Source of the DNA: Octopus bimaculoides
Lineage: Eukaryota
Assembly (NCBI RefSeq): GCF_001194135.2
Contig: NC_068990.1
Coordinates: 48,685,262-48,736,697 of the forward strand
Reading direction: 5' to 3'
Length of the DNA: 51,436 bases
The position numbers and the translations under genes were made by a program. The notes beneath the pieces are model-generated. The model was not told the DNA's origin. It did not search any database and worked only from the letters and a program-made list of their open reading frames with translations. Below are positions 1 through 10,455 of this stretch, piece by piece. Each line of letters begins with the position of its first letter. Within the stretch, counting starts at the first letter, position 1.

Positions 1-215
1 TACCCACATACCCCACCTCTACCCACACCCCACTCTCGCCTCCCCCCTCCCAACACCATCACACCACATCACACTACACCATACTGCACAGCACATCACA
101 ACACACCACCATGCACACACCAGCACTGACCAATTCCCATCCCCACATTTTCACACCTACACATACACACACATCAAGATTACCAGCCCTCTTTCACACG
201 CACACCTTCGTTTTG
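1..215. repeat. C/A-rich low-complexity tract
   Basis: Degenerate cac/cacac/ccac repeats with almost no G on the + strand. Confidence 0.7.
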
Positions 216-330
216 GGATTACTATTACCTTGTTATCTTACTTTCTTCTTAGCTCTCCTGTGTGACCCTTCTGTCAAGCATTCACCATGATAGATCGCTA
301 ACCACTACACACATTTTTTCTCTCCTTGTT

Positions 331-368
331 TCTTTCTGTGGAAGAGCGTAGGCTCGAAATGTTAAAGA
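331..368 (+). ncRNA. Minimal type-I hammerhead-like motif with variant core
   Basis: Stem I UCUUU/AAAGA, core CUGUGGA (A6 replaced by U), extra A, stem II GAGC-guag-GCUC, GAAA, U-GUU, then stem I. Layout is the same as 2489-2534. Confidence 0.5.
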
Positions 369-733
369 CTTTTTCAATTCCCAAGCGTTATACTAATACA
401 TCTGTTTGTTTTCTACATCACCTGTCTTCGTCTTTTGTTTTTTTTTGTGAATTCTCCCTATATGTATATATATATGTATGGGTACAGGACATCACCAATG
501 GTGCAAATGACAAGAAATTCGTAAGCAACGAGGAGAAAATGGAAAACAGGACAAGTAAACACAGAAAAAGAACCCTTCATCAGTTGTCAGCTGTCTATCT
601 CCTTATTTCAAGCATTCAACAACAGTATGAATCTTTAAAGACAGTTGCTCCCATAAATTCTAAAATAAAATTTAGAATTTATGGGAACAACTGTCTTTGA
701 AGACTCATATTGCTATTGAATATATAAACCGTC

Positions 734-759
734 TATATATATATATATGTATGTATGTA

Positions 760-816
<57 letters not shown>
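734..816. repeat. (TA)n/(TATG)n microsatellite
   Basis: Direct reading. Confidence 0.95.
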
Positions 817-822
<6 letters not shown>

Positions 823-1003
823 TATTTATTATTTATCATTTAATTGAACGTGACGCATCCATTTCCAAGTAAGTATATACATATGTATATTTTCAGTAAA
901 TCATAAATCTAAAAGAGAAGCACACTAAGTTATAGAGCAGTAGAGTACCAGCCATATCTATCTTTATATACATATTATTAACGGGCACAATACATGTATT
1001 TAA

Positions 1004-1057
1004 GCGCTACTAATAGTTTCATATGTTGAGAATTACTCAAACATATTCTTCAGGCGC
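1004..1057 (-). ncRNA. Type-I hammerhead ribozyme with intact catalytic core, at the 3' end of a Penelope-like element
   Basis: Minus strand reads GCGC CUGAAGA AUAUGUUUGAG uaauu CUCAACAUAU GAAA CUA u UAG UA GCGC. All core nucleotides are present; stem I is 4 bp, stem II 10 bp with one bulge, and the cleavage triplet is GUA. Confidence 0.8.
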
Positions 1058-2111
1058 AAACCACATACTATAATGAACTAAAAACAACCTGAATAATAGA
1101 AGAAACACAAGAAAAAACTGAGAAGGCAGCATATAGAAAATGCAGAAAGTATAAAAATGGAAAACGAGAAATGGAAAATGAAAACACAAAAATTAAAATG
1201 TAAAAAATAAAAAGTAAAAAGGTAAAAGAGCTATCCTCCTTCGATCTTAAATGATAAGGCTGGAAAGATAGCAAGTTAGCCAGGAATAGGTGGTATTTTC
1301 CAATTCTTCAAAGTATATATTTATACATATGCTTGCAACCACTGAAAATTTCTGACCTGGAGTTCAATCGAGAGTTAAGGATCTTAGATCTGAACAGGAT
1401 CTGTGGTCTTTCAGCCAAACAAACCCTATATTTATTAGATCCATTAACATAAGGTATGGATTTATCAATTACTTTCTATTTAATCACATGGGTTTCTTTA
1501 TCTTTCAAACTATTTAGCCAACTTAGTAGCTTTACTTTTGTCCCTGTGTCAGAAAGGAGGCTATGTGATTGGTATTAGCCTAATATAGATCTTATCAGTT
1601 GTATTATTATTTAGGATTGCAGTAACTTCTGCTTCATATATGATAGATTTAATCTTACATCGTTGGTCAAGTGGACAAGATCCTGGGTTGTGACAGTTGC
1701 AACTGGATTTAGGGTCTTGGTATTGACCGCTTGTAATGATACTCTTCATATTGGGGCAGCAGCTACATGATAATTTCACAGAACGCCTATCAAATATTTT
1801 TCTGTATCTGTGAGTTGCTAGAAAGTGTTTGTCTACGAGATTCAGGAATCTTTTACCTATGCTAGTTTTTATATTAAGGATTTTCCTTGACCTATTTTTA
1901 GGTTTCTTATTTTTATTCTGATTGATACAAGACTGGTTATATATTACATTATCTTTGACGTCACTAGATCTATTATCAATATTTTGATTATTATTAGAGG
2001 GATTATATATTTATTTATCTTTGAAGCCACTATTGGCTAGGGCATTGTTATAATAGGGGATAACTTCCTTGAAAATTTCTTTACGAGAGGTTAAACACTT
2101 TGTTACTAATA
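1004..2111 (-). mobile_element. 5'-truncated, decayed Penelope-like retroelement (RT C-terminus/linker + GIY-YIG endonuclease + 3' tail with hammerhead)
   Basis: Frameshifted translation gives IPYYNNALANSGFKDK, KTSIGKRFLNLVDKHF..KIF, SCSCCPNMKSII, SCNCHNPGSCPLDQRCKIKSIIYEAEV, KIYI and LNSRSEIFSGCKH. These match the PLE linker and GIY-YIG signature; includes ORF 1561-1779. Confidence 0.85.
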
Positions 2112-2397
2112 TTAGCTATCAGTTCTATATTTAAGAGATGAGGAATTATGCACATTATTTACATTTGACGGATATTTGTCCTTATCTAATTTGTTAACAC
2201 AACGCTTCGGTTGATATACCCTCTGGCCTTCCTCATGTGTCTTGAGGAAATTTCGAACCTGGGTTCTCATTTCTAAGGTATTTTTCGATGTTGTTGTTAT
2301 TATTATTATTATCGTTATCATTATTCAGGTCACTGCCTAGAATCGAACTCGGAATCTTGGGGTTAGTAGTTCGCGCACTAACCACTACGCCAAAGGC
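2112..2397 (-). mobile_element. tRNA-headed SINE-like unit: tRNA head + (AAT/AAC)n + hammerhead-containing tail
   Basis: Minus strand head 2393-2327 has A box TGGCGTAGTGG and B box GAGTTCGATTC. It is followed by an AAT run, a body and a degenerate hammerhead at 2241-2196. Confidence 0.7.
2196..2241 (-). ncRNA. Degenerate (probably inactive) copy of the 2489-2534 hammerhead
   Basis: GACAC AUGAGGA A GGCCAG..CAACC GAAG C GUU GUGUU, with C3 and A15.1 mutated. Confidence 0.55.
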
Positions 2398-2400
2398 ATA

Positions 2401-2565
2401 TATTAATAATAATAACAACAACAACAACAACAACAACAACATCAAAAAATACCTTAGGAATCAGAACCCAGGTTCAAAATTTCCCCAAGACACCTGATGA
2501 AGGCTGGAATGTATATCAGCCGAAATGTTGTGTTAACAACAAACAAGAGGAGGACGAATATCCGT
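2401..2565 (+). mobile_element. Inverted partial copy of the tRNA-hammerhead unit (no separate head)
   Basis: Reverse-complement match to 2168-2320 across the AAT/AAC run, catcaaaaaataccttaggaat, the hammerhead and aatatccgt. Confidence 0.8.
2489..2534 (+). ncRNA. Minimal type-I hammerhead ribozyme (PLE-type, loopless palindromic stem III)
   Basis: GACAC CUGAUGA A GGCUG-gaauguauau-CAGCC GAAA U GUU GUGUU. Stem I is GACAC/GUGUU. The sister copy has C-GUU, giving the ACGU palindrome. Confidence 0.7.
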
Positions 2566-2793
2566 AGCCCTTCGTCGGAAAGATGCAAAGTTCGGAGAAT
2601 GGAAGAACGGAGAAAGAGGAAAATGGTACCGATGCCCACGAGGTTACATTGTGAAAAGACCGGAAGAGGAGGTGGTGGGGACCTCAATTCTTCTTTCCCC
2701 TTCGGACTCAACGCAGCCCCCTCCTCCTTATGACTCTCCCCTTTACGTCTATGCAACACTTTTCTTTATTTTTATTTTTTTACCCACCCACCC

Positions 2794-3213
2794 CCTCATC
2801 TGCACCTCCTGCCGCGAAGTTGGTTCATCTGGGACACTTGACAGAAAGAGGTCCAGCTTTATTTTGAAGATACCTACATCCACCCCATGCAGGTCTCTCA
2901 GGTCCTTCAGGAGGATATTGAAGAGCTGTGGACTTCTGAAGCCCAGGCTATTGCAGTATCTTGTCCTACATCTTGATGGCAAATTTGGAGTCCTTGGCAC
3001 TATGCAGTGGCGTCCAGTTCTAGTATTTGTGTAACTTTCGATGCCAAAGTTTGGGACAAGTCCTTCAAGGATCTTCCAGATGTTTATTATGGCATATCTT
3101 TCTCACCTACAATCTATGGAATAGAGTCTTAATCTCTTGAGTCTTTCCCAATAGCTTATATGCTGCATAGAGGCTATCTTCTTCATGTAGCTTCGTTGGA
3201 TTGCCTCAAGTTC
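2794..3213 (-). mobile_element. 3' fragment of a CR1/L2-group non-LTR retrotransposon ORF2
   Basis: Translation ELEAIQRSYMKKI..ISYWERLKRLRLYS..ERYAIINIWKILEGLVPNF..SLGFRSPQLFNILLKDLR..FKIKLDLFL matches the typical CR1/L2 C-terminal pattern (Y.ERL..L.L.SL..RR; P.L.N.LP; FK..LD.FL). Confidence 0.75.
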
Positions 3214-3445
3214 TGAGATTATCTATAAATATATANNNNNNNNNNNNNNNNNNNNNNNNNNNNNNNNNNNNNNNNNNNNNNNNNNNNNNNNNNNNNNNNN
3301 NNNNNNNNNNNNNNNNNNNNNNNNNNNNNNNNNNNNNNNNNNNNNNNNNNNNNNNNNNNNNNNNNNNNNNNNNNNNNNNNNNNNNNNNNNNNNNNNNNNN
3401 NNNNNNNNNNNNNNNNNNNNNNNNNNNNNNNNNNNNTATATACAC

Positions 3446-3570
3446 ATGACAGGCTTCTTTCAGTTTCCGTCTGCCAAATCCACTCACAAGGCTTTGGTCA
3501 ACCCAAGGCAAGATACAGTGGGACTAAGTCATGTGGTTCAGAAGCAAACTCCTTACCACACAGCCATAGA
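3446..3570 (-). mobile_element. SINE family 1 (tRNA-derived) fragment
   Basis: Matches other in-window copies (gcttctttcagtttccgtct.ccaaatccactcacaaggc). Confidence 0.75.
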
Positions 3571-4086
3571 AAATAAAAACAAAGCCCTTTTCACAGTGTA
3601 GTAGATTGGCAGATATGTAAGAACATCAGGCAAGATACCTTGTTGCAGGCATTCCAGCCTTTTGCATTCCAATTTCAAATCCTGCTGTGGCCTACCTGGG
3701 TAGTAGACTTAATCTGTTGTACACTTTAACACTACCTGGCACCTTAAGTACCTTTAGCATTCACGTCAGATCACCAGTTTGAAGATGCATATTTCTTCCC
3801 TCCTTCCCACCAGTTCCAAAGACCTTCTAAAAGGCCTGACTAAAAGATTTTTTCTTTAATTGCTTTAAATTTCAAGTAGTATTTCTTTTCATCTGATAAT
3901 TAATCAATTTATATTTATGAATTGAAATAAAACTTACAAAAGTGAGAGCAGAGTAAATAAAAGGTAAAACAACTGTGGTGATTCACATGAAGTAAACTTT
4001 TTAAATTTTCCTGATCATATGCAGCTGACTTCAAAAGCAAAACAGTCTGTACCAACTCACACACTGACCAATAAACTTAATAACAT

Positions 4087-4127
4087 ATACTGACGTATAT
4101 AAATAATACTGACGTATATAAATACTG
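4087..4127. repeat. Short tandem duplication of atactgacgtatataaata
   Basis: Two adjacent identical copies. Confidence 0.8.
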
Positions 4128-6633
4128 AACAAATGTAGGAAGCAGAGAGAGACAGAGAATAACTCCAACACAAATTCATCAGCAGCAAGAAGAAGCAAAC
4201 AAGTTGAAGGAAAGTTAAAATAAAGTAACAAATACCATGCTTGAATACAACAAAGCTTTGTAATGGCCCAACTGAATAATTTTAGAGAATAAGAAATTCT
4301 TTTAGTCACTGTAAAATTACATACACTGTGTTGTTGATGTCATAAGAATTTTTTAACTTTCAAGAGAACATGTTTTTTTTTTCCTGTCTTTGACCAAACA
4401 CTGGATTTTAGAGCACATAAAGCTAAAAAGCCTTTTGAAAAAAAAAATCTTTGAAGGAGATATGAGAACACCAACAGGTATGACAATATGCATTAGTGCA
4501 TACATGCATGTGTGCTGCATATATGTTCTGAACACAATTCTAAATATGTGAGATTTAGAAACTCTTATGAAATATTAGAATATATATATTTCAGTATATA
4601 TATAAAAATCCCCAAAAGGTTTCAGTGTCAGACATTGTGCAAGAGCAAAATTCCAAATGCAATAATGACAAAACACAAAAATTAATTTTATGATTCATTA
4701 TTTTCAACTCAACAATTTCACTCAAGTGCCTGGGTTGATCGTGTTTTGGACTGCCAACTAAAGAATCAACAATTTGTCTTCTCATTAGCATTAAACTAAA
4801 CTCTGGCCACCAAAGCACATATTTCCCTGGTGTTTATGCAACATATGATACATATAGTCAATTTTTTTTTTGACCACCAGATTAACTGGGAACTTATGAA
4901 AGGAAAGCTTTATATTACTAGAACATATGAAACAAGTGCTAGCTAAAAATCTGAACACGTGCATGGACATATGACAAACTTAAGAAAATTATTTGGAGAG
5001 GCAAAAGGTTAAGTCATCTCCTTAACTCCACCACTTGGCATAGTATACACTGTTACAAGCATAAAGACAAGGTCTTTGGTTTGAGAATACCTTCCTCCCT
5101 ACCTACCATCAGTACTGAAGTTCCTATAAGTGTTATGGGCACTGCCTTCCCACCTGACTATACAATAAAAACCAAAAGACAAATTGAAGTTCAACAAAAT
5201 AGCACAACACAATAACAGTAATCAGACCAGAACTTATGAAAATATAATTAGATGCTTGACAAAAGGAAAACATTAATAAATGTTGTGATAAAGTTAGTGA
5301 GGGCAGAGATAAACCAAGGGAAAAATAACTTAAGAGAACTATTGATGATGTACATAAGCAGAAATAAATTTTAAAAAAAGTTTAAGTTAATTAAATAAGA
5401 GAAATTCATGAGCCATAGCAATTAGAAAGAAGAATATAGGACAGCAAAGTGGGAGTGTTTTGTCAACTAAACCTGTTCAATCCATTCTTTAATAAAAAGG
5501 AAAACAACCAATGCAGTTTTCAATGGGTGCTATTTTGTATGTTTTTTGCTTGCTTACTTATTCACCTTCTAAACTTAGTATTGAAGTTACTCAAAAATAT
5601 CTAAGTTATAGATCTGTGTTATTTCATATATATAAAAGATTCATATGAATATTTAAAAATATTATTAGAAATATATTAGAAATATTTTACATCTGAAATT
5701 TTTCCAAATCATGCGTCTTTAATAAGTGCTACTTGTATCAACTATCAATTCTCCAAAATAAAAAAGAACAATATTCTAGAAAAAGAAAGGACAGTATGTC
5801 ACTGTTTAATCTTTCATTGGTTATATAATACAGTCTGAACTGATGGCTAGTGTGTTGGTCACTGAAATATCAATATTTCATAGTTAAAACAATGACTGCA
5901 GTAGACAAGTTGATTGTTAGTTTTCATAAGTCAATGGCAAAATATCTTACAACATAACTATTGTAATAAAATATAAAACTACAAGAACAAAAATTAGGCT
6001 TTACTCAGAGAAATACAGAAAAATGTAGTTTAGAACTTACAAAGATTGGGTAGAAGGGGAGAGTAAGAATGGGAGAGAGGAAAGATATAGGATGGAGGGG
6101 AAAAAGGGGGAAGATAGAAAAAGAGGTCAGTATGTGTGTATGTGAAAATGCAAAAAAAAACCTTATCGTTACATAAACCAATTATAGATAGACATAAATA
6201 TTTCAACTTTGTCATTTTGATGTATATAAAAATAATAAAATGAAATTCTCTAAAGAATTCACAGATAAAATATTACCAGTACAAAAAAGAATTTTCCTCA
6301 AATTGTATTAAGCTGTACAAGTGTTATTGCCCCACCTCATCCCACTTTCTCCTCCCCCAGTCCATTTCACTATGTCTAACAGCTAAATCGCCCTCAACTT
6401 ACATCTTACCATCTTAAGACTATGGAAACTTAACTATTTGAACCTGCAAGTACACTTTAGCAGGTGCAAATTCATTTGACTATATCCCTAAAAAAATGCA
6501 AAAGTGGGCAGCAACATTGGTTTATGTGTACAACTCTCTAACTGGCATTTTCCAGAGGTACAGTCAAATGAAATCATACCTGCTAAAGCACAATTTCATT
6601 TGACTATACCTCTAGAATATAACAGTTACTTAC

Positions 6634-6647
6634 CTATGGTTGCCATT
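6634..6647 (-). CDS. Candidate 14-nt exon of an unidentified host gene
   Basis: Minus strand tatCTAAT-tttgtctttgttacaAG|AATGGCAACCATAG|GTAAGT: branch-like motif, pyrimidine tract and a perfect donor. Supported by splice signals only. Confidence 0.3.
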
Positions 6648-6823
6648 CTTGTAACAAAGACAAAATTAGATAAATTTTAAGGATTCTTTTCTTTGTTTTT
6701 GATAAAATAAAACTAAATTTTACAATGATAGGAATTCATCATAACTGGCAACATTTGACTTATCCAAACTTGACAACACCCATTTTATTTATTTTTTTTT
6801 TTAAGAATTACTATCACTAGGTA

Positions 6824-7240
6824 CAGGTGTGGATGTGTGGTAAGAAGATTGCTTCCCAACCACATGGTTCCAGGTTCATTCCTATTGCATGGCACCTTGG
6901 GCAAATGTCTTCTGCTATAGCCTCAGGCTGACCAAAGCTTTGTGAGTGGATTTGGAAGACGGAAACTAAAAGAAGCTATATATATGTATAAATATGTATA
7001 TACATATATATCTATGTGTGTATGTCTTTGCGTCTGTGTTTGTGCCCCCATCATCACTTGACAACTAGTGCTGGTGTGTTTACAGTTCAGTAAAAGAGAC
7101 CGAGAGAATAAGTACTACACTTAAAAAAATTTTAAACAAGTCCCGAGGTCAATTTGTTCAACTAAAACTCTTCAAGGCAGTGCTCCAGCATGGCCACAGT
7201 CAAATGACTGAAACAAGTAAAAGAATGAAAGAAAGTAAAA
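6824..7240 (+). mobile_element. SINE family 1, near full length
   Basis: tRNA-like head (gtgtggtaagaag..ggttccaggttca), ggcaccttgggcaa core-like motif, internal (TA/TG)n and 3' gctccagcatggcc..actgaaacaagtaaaaga. Recurs many times in the window. Confidence 0.85.
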
Positions 7241-7430
7241 GAATTATATCATCATTGGTTTGATTTCTTATATTAAAGATTACTTTAATATCATTAGGTG
7301 TATCATTATACATCTAACTTTTGAGTTTCTAATATTTTCTCTAACCATCACTTCATGACAAGATTTTCCCCTCAACATCTCTATCCCACACTGCTCTACA
7401 ATTTCTGTCATGTAAAAAGCATACTGTAAA

Positions 7431-7572
7431 GTGATTGGCATTAGGAAGTGCATCCAGCTGTAGAAGCCAAGCAAAACAGACTATGGAACTTGGTGTGGCT
7501 TCTGGCTTCGCCAGCACCTGTGAAACCATCCAGCCTATACCAGCATGAAAAATTGGCATTAAATGATAATGA
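7431..7572 (+). mobile_element. 3' tail fragment of the RTE-associated repeat family
   Basis: ggcattaggaag.gcatccagctgtagaa..aaaccatcca..cagcatg..ttaaatgataatgat; homologous to 15350-15846 and 24880-25266. Confidence 0.7.
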
Positions 7573-8047
7573 TTCTCAAGCAGTAACCAGCAAAGCAAAC
7601 CCTTTTTACCTTTCCTTCTGTAATGGTGCTCCCAACTTTAAAAAGCTTATTGTATAATGTATGTTGTTTACGTAAACACTGATACTTTTAAATTCAACTC
7701 AGTTGCATAATAGAGTTTATCTCTAAGATTCATTTTATATATTCAACAGATCATCATACAGAACTTGTTTCCCTGCCAGTCTCCTGCTTTTACTGCTTAA
7801 ATCTCACTGTTATACATGTTATACCTCTTAGTCTAACACATTACAATTTATCTGCTAACTAAAGAAATACTTTGCAAGTTGTTCTGAACCCAGTATATGT
7901 TAGATCACCAAAGTAACAGAGTTTGGCTCCTATCTTAAATAGTAATAAATTAGCCTTTGAGACATGTCTGAAGAACTACTAGACATCCTGCTTCTTATGC
8001 TATGTATTTATTGATTACATTCCATTCATAAAATAGCTCCAAATTAC

Positions 8048-8143
8048 CACTCGTCTTTAAGGAACTTGATGAAGTTGGATTGTTAGACCCCTTGTAATTC
8101 TCAAACTTTAATTTCAAATTACTGATGTCCCATGAGTAGCCTT
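8048..8143 (-). CDS. Candidate 96-nt phase 1-1 exon (GYSWDISNLKLKFENYKGSNNPTSSSSLKTS)
   Basis: AG/GTAATT boundaries and one open frame of 31 codons. The acceptor pyrimidine tract is weak and no homology is recognised. Confidence 0.25.
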
Positions 8144-8537
8144 CTATTCAAAGGGTTTTTTAACCCAATATTTACAAGCTATTAATTATAGCTTTATTTG
8201 CTTCAAGATCCACCATTCTAAAAAAATTATTCCTAATTATAGAATTACCCAGTTTTAAATCTTTTAAAAGGTTAGAATTAAAAGAACTGTGTGTAAACAG
8301 AAATGAAATCAAAAACCTCAAATCAAAATTATTTATTTTAATGTAACATTCTTGAATCTACGAATTAGAATTTTATAGTTTCTCATCAACAATTTCCATT
8401 CACTGTATGATCCTAGACAAAAAAGATATTCACAGCATGCATGAAGTTTATATATATGTGTGTATGTGGGTGGGTGTGTGTACATGCACACACTGAATTT
8501 CAAGAATGAATAATCAACACCAAGATGGTAGATAACT

Positions 8538-8750
8538 CTTTTTAAAATATATGTTAATTTTCTGGAACCTGAGGTTTCATGCCCACAAAATTATCAATTT
8601 TTTCAACCAGAATTCATATCACAAGTGATAGTCCACCATTATATGATAGCAGTGTGTCACTTACGATTTGAATTCTAGTTGAAAAATTGTTGATTTTTGT
8701 TAGTATGAAACCTTGGTTTCCAGAAAGTTAATATAAATTCTATTAAAAAG
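8538..8750. mobile_element. Fold-back/MITE-like element with about 95-bp imperfect inverted arms
   Basis: 8538-8630 aligns to the reverse complement of 8655-8750 (e.g. ttctggaacctgaggtttcat vs ttctggaaaccaaggtttcat; tttttcaaccagaattca vs tttttcaactagaattca). Confidence 0.8.
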
Positions 8751-9294
8751 TATACATATATATTTGTTGATTTTATCTGCCAATTTTCAGCTCAAATTTT
8801 TTCAGTAACCACATATTTCAAGTCACTACATGTTAGCATTATAATGTCAAACATTGTTCCACATGACAATATTAGTAAAAAAAAAAAAAAGAGAGAGAGA
8901 GAAAGAGAAAGAGAGGGGGGAAATTATTTATAAATTCTGTTGACAAAAAAGTTAAATGAGTTGTAAAACCTAATGCATACATTTAAAGACATTTTATCAT
9001 TGCTTTATCCTTCATCTCTTCAACAACAGTTGGGAGCTTCTATGTTGTTCCTTAATCAGAAATAGCAGCAGAATTTCCTTCAAATCACACTTTGTCTTAA
9101 ATAAGAAAGATACACTAGACTATGTAGTCCTTGATATACAAAAATACAACTAACTGCAAGAATATTTTCGATTACAGGTCTGCTTGATCAGGACTGATGT
9201 TGAGGCCAAACAACGTTTTACTACAAAAATGTACTCAATCTTTCCTAACAGTTAAGCATTAAATCTTCAAAAGAAAATACATTCATCAACAGTC

Positions 9295-9353
9295 GCTATC
9301 TAGAACAGGTGCTATCTAGAACAGGTGCTATCTAGAACAGGTGCTATCTAGAA
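9295..9353. repeat. 16-bp tandem repeat (gctatctagaacaggt) x3.7
   Basis: Units start at 9295, 9311, 9327 and 9343, with identical sequence. Confidence 0.95.
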
Positions 9354-10455
9354 ATAAAAAGAATGTTAAAAACATTAAAAAATAGAGAGATCCTCATAAA
9401 GAATACTTCAAGAATCTCCAGATCTAAGATTTACATCGAAAACTAAAAGAAAGTTAAACTACAGCTTCCAGAGAAAGTAACATTAAGCTAAAATGGGCAG
9501 ATAGTTCCCAGGTTTTTACTCAGAAAGAAAGAAAAAATCAATTCCTCTACATTTTATTTTAATAGTCTACAAATGTAGGGGTTTTTTTTTTTTTTGTTTT
9601 TCTGTCTCCATCACCTTTATCTATGATGAATTTCTCAGAAAATTAAAAAATGCACTTCTTTTTTTTTTTTTTTTGTGCAATGGCTTAAAAGCTATCATTT
9701 GAATTACAATGAATGTGGAAGGGGGCACATTTGTTTCTTTTTCTTCCTCATAAATAACTCACTGGATTGGCAAGCCTACATTTTTTTCCCCTGAACACAA
9801 AGAGTGAGTTTGTTATCAAATCCTTTTTAAAACTGAAGCTACAATGAAAAGCCTGAGTGAATTTAAACAATACTAAAACTTCATTGATTAAATACTGTTT
9901 GAGAGAGAATGGGGTCGTGAAAGCAGGATAAGAGACAAGGAGAGAGAATCAGATAAAGTTAGAAATGAAAAAGCAATTGACATCTATCATTAAATTATTA
10001 ATCAGAGGTTCCCCTGGTTAATATTCAGACAGCCCAATAAGTTTCATGATAGATATTAGAAACATTGGGCTTTAATTTTCTATCCCTCGCAATTAGCAAA
10101 AGTCTAGTCTGAAATATCACTTTCTTTCAAGTGGGTTTGGTTCTTCGTGTCAAATCATTTCAATCTGTTATTAGTCCTTTCATTCCATTTTTATCAATGT
10201 TTAATGGCTAACACACACACACATACATGCATGCATGCACACATACACACATACAGTGTAAGCAATGGTCACCAATAAAAAGCAACTGATGCAAGCCAGT
10301 TTCCACATCATGTCCTTACAAATTAGTTCTCAGAGGACTTCCAGTAATGGATAATGCGGTAAATATTTAATAACAATAAAGCAACAATCAAATTAGATAA
10401 GTGTATGTGTGTGTGTGTAAATATATATATATATATATAATTACATATATACTTT

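Noticed and set aside
509-588. Minus-strand GACAA-CUGAUGA ... GAAUUUC-UUGUC as a further hammerhead
   Set aside because: Stem I pairs (5 bp), but GAAA is broken (GAAU) and the stem II ends do not pair. Worth re-testing only on a family consensus.
326-700. 124-aa ORF as a gene
   Set aside because: It runs across two repeat units and a TA microsatellite, with no recognisable domain.
2327-2393. Functional tRNA gene
   Set aside because: A and B boxes are present, but there is no convincing acceptor stem, and it is fused to a repeat body. It is a SINE head.
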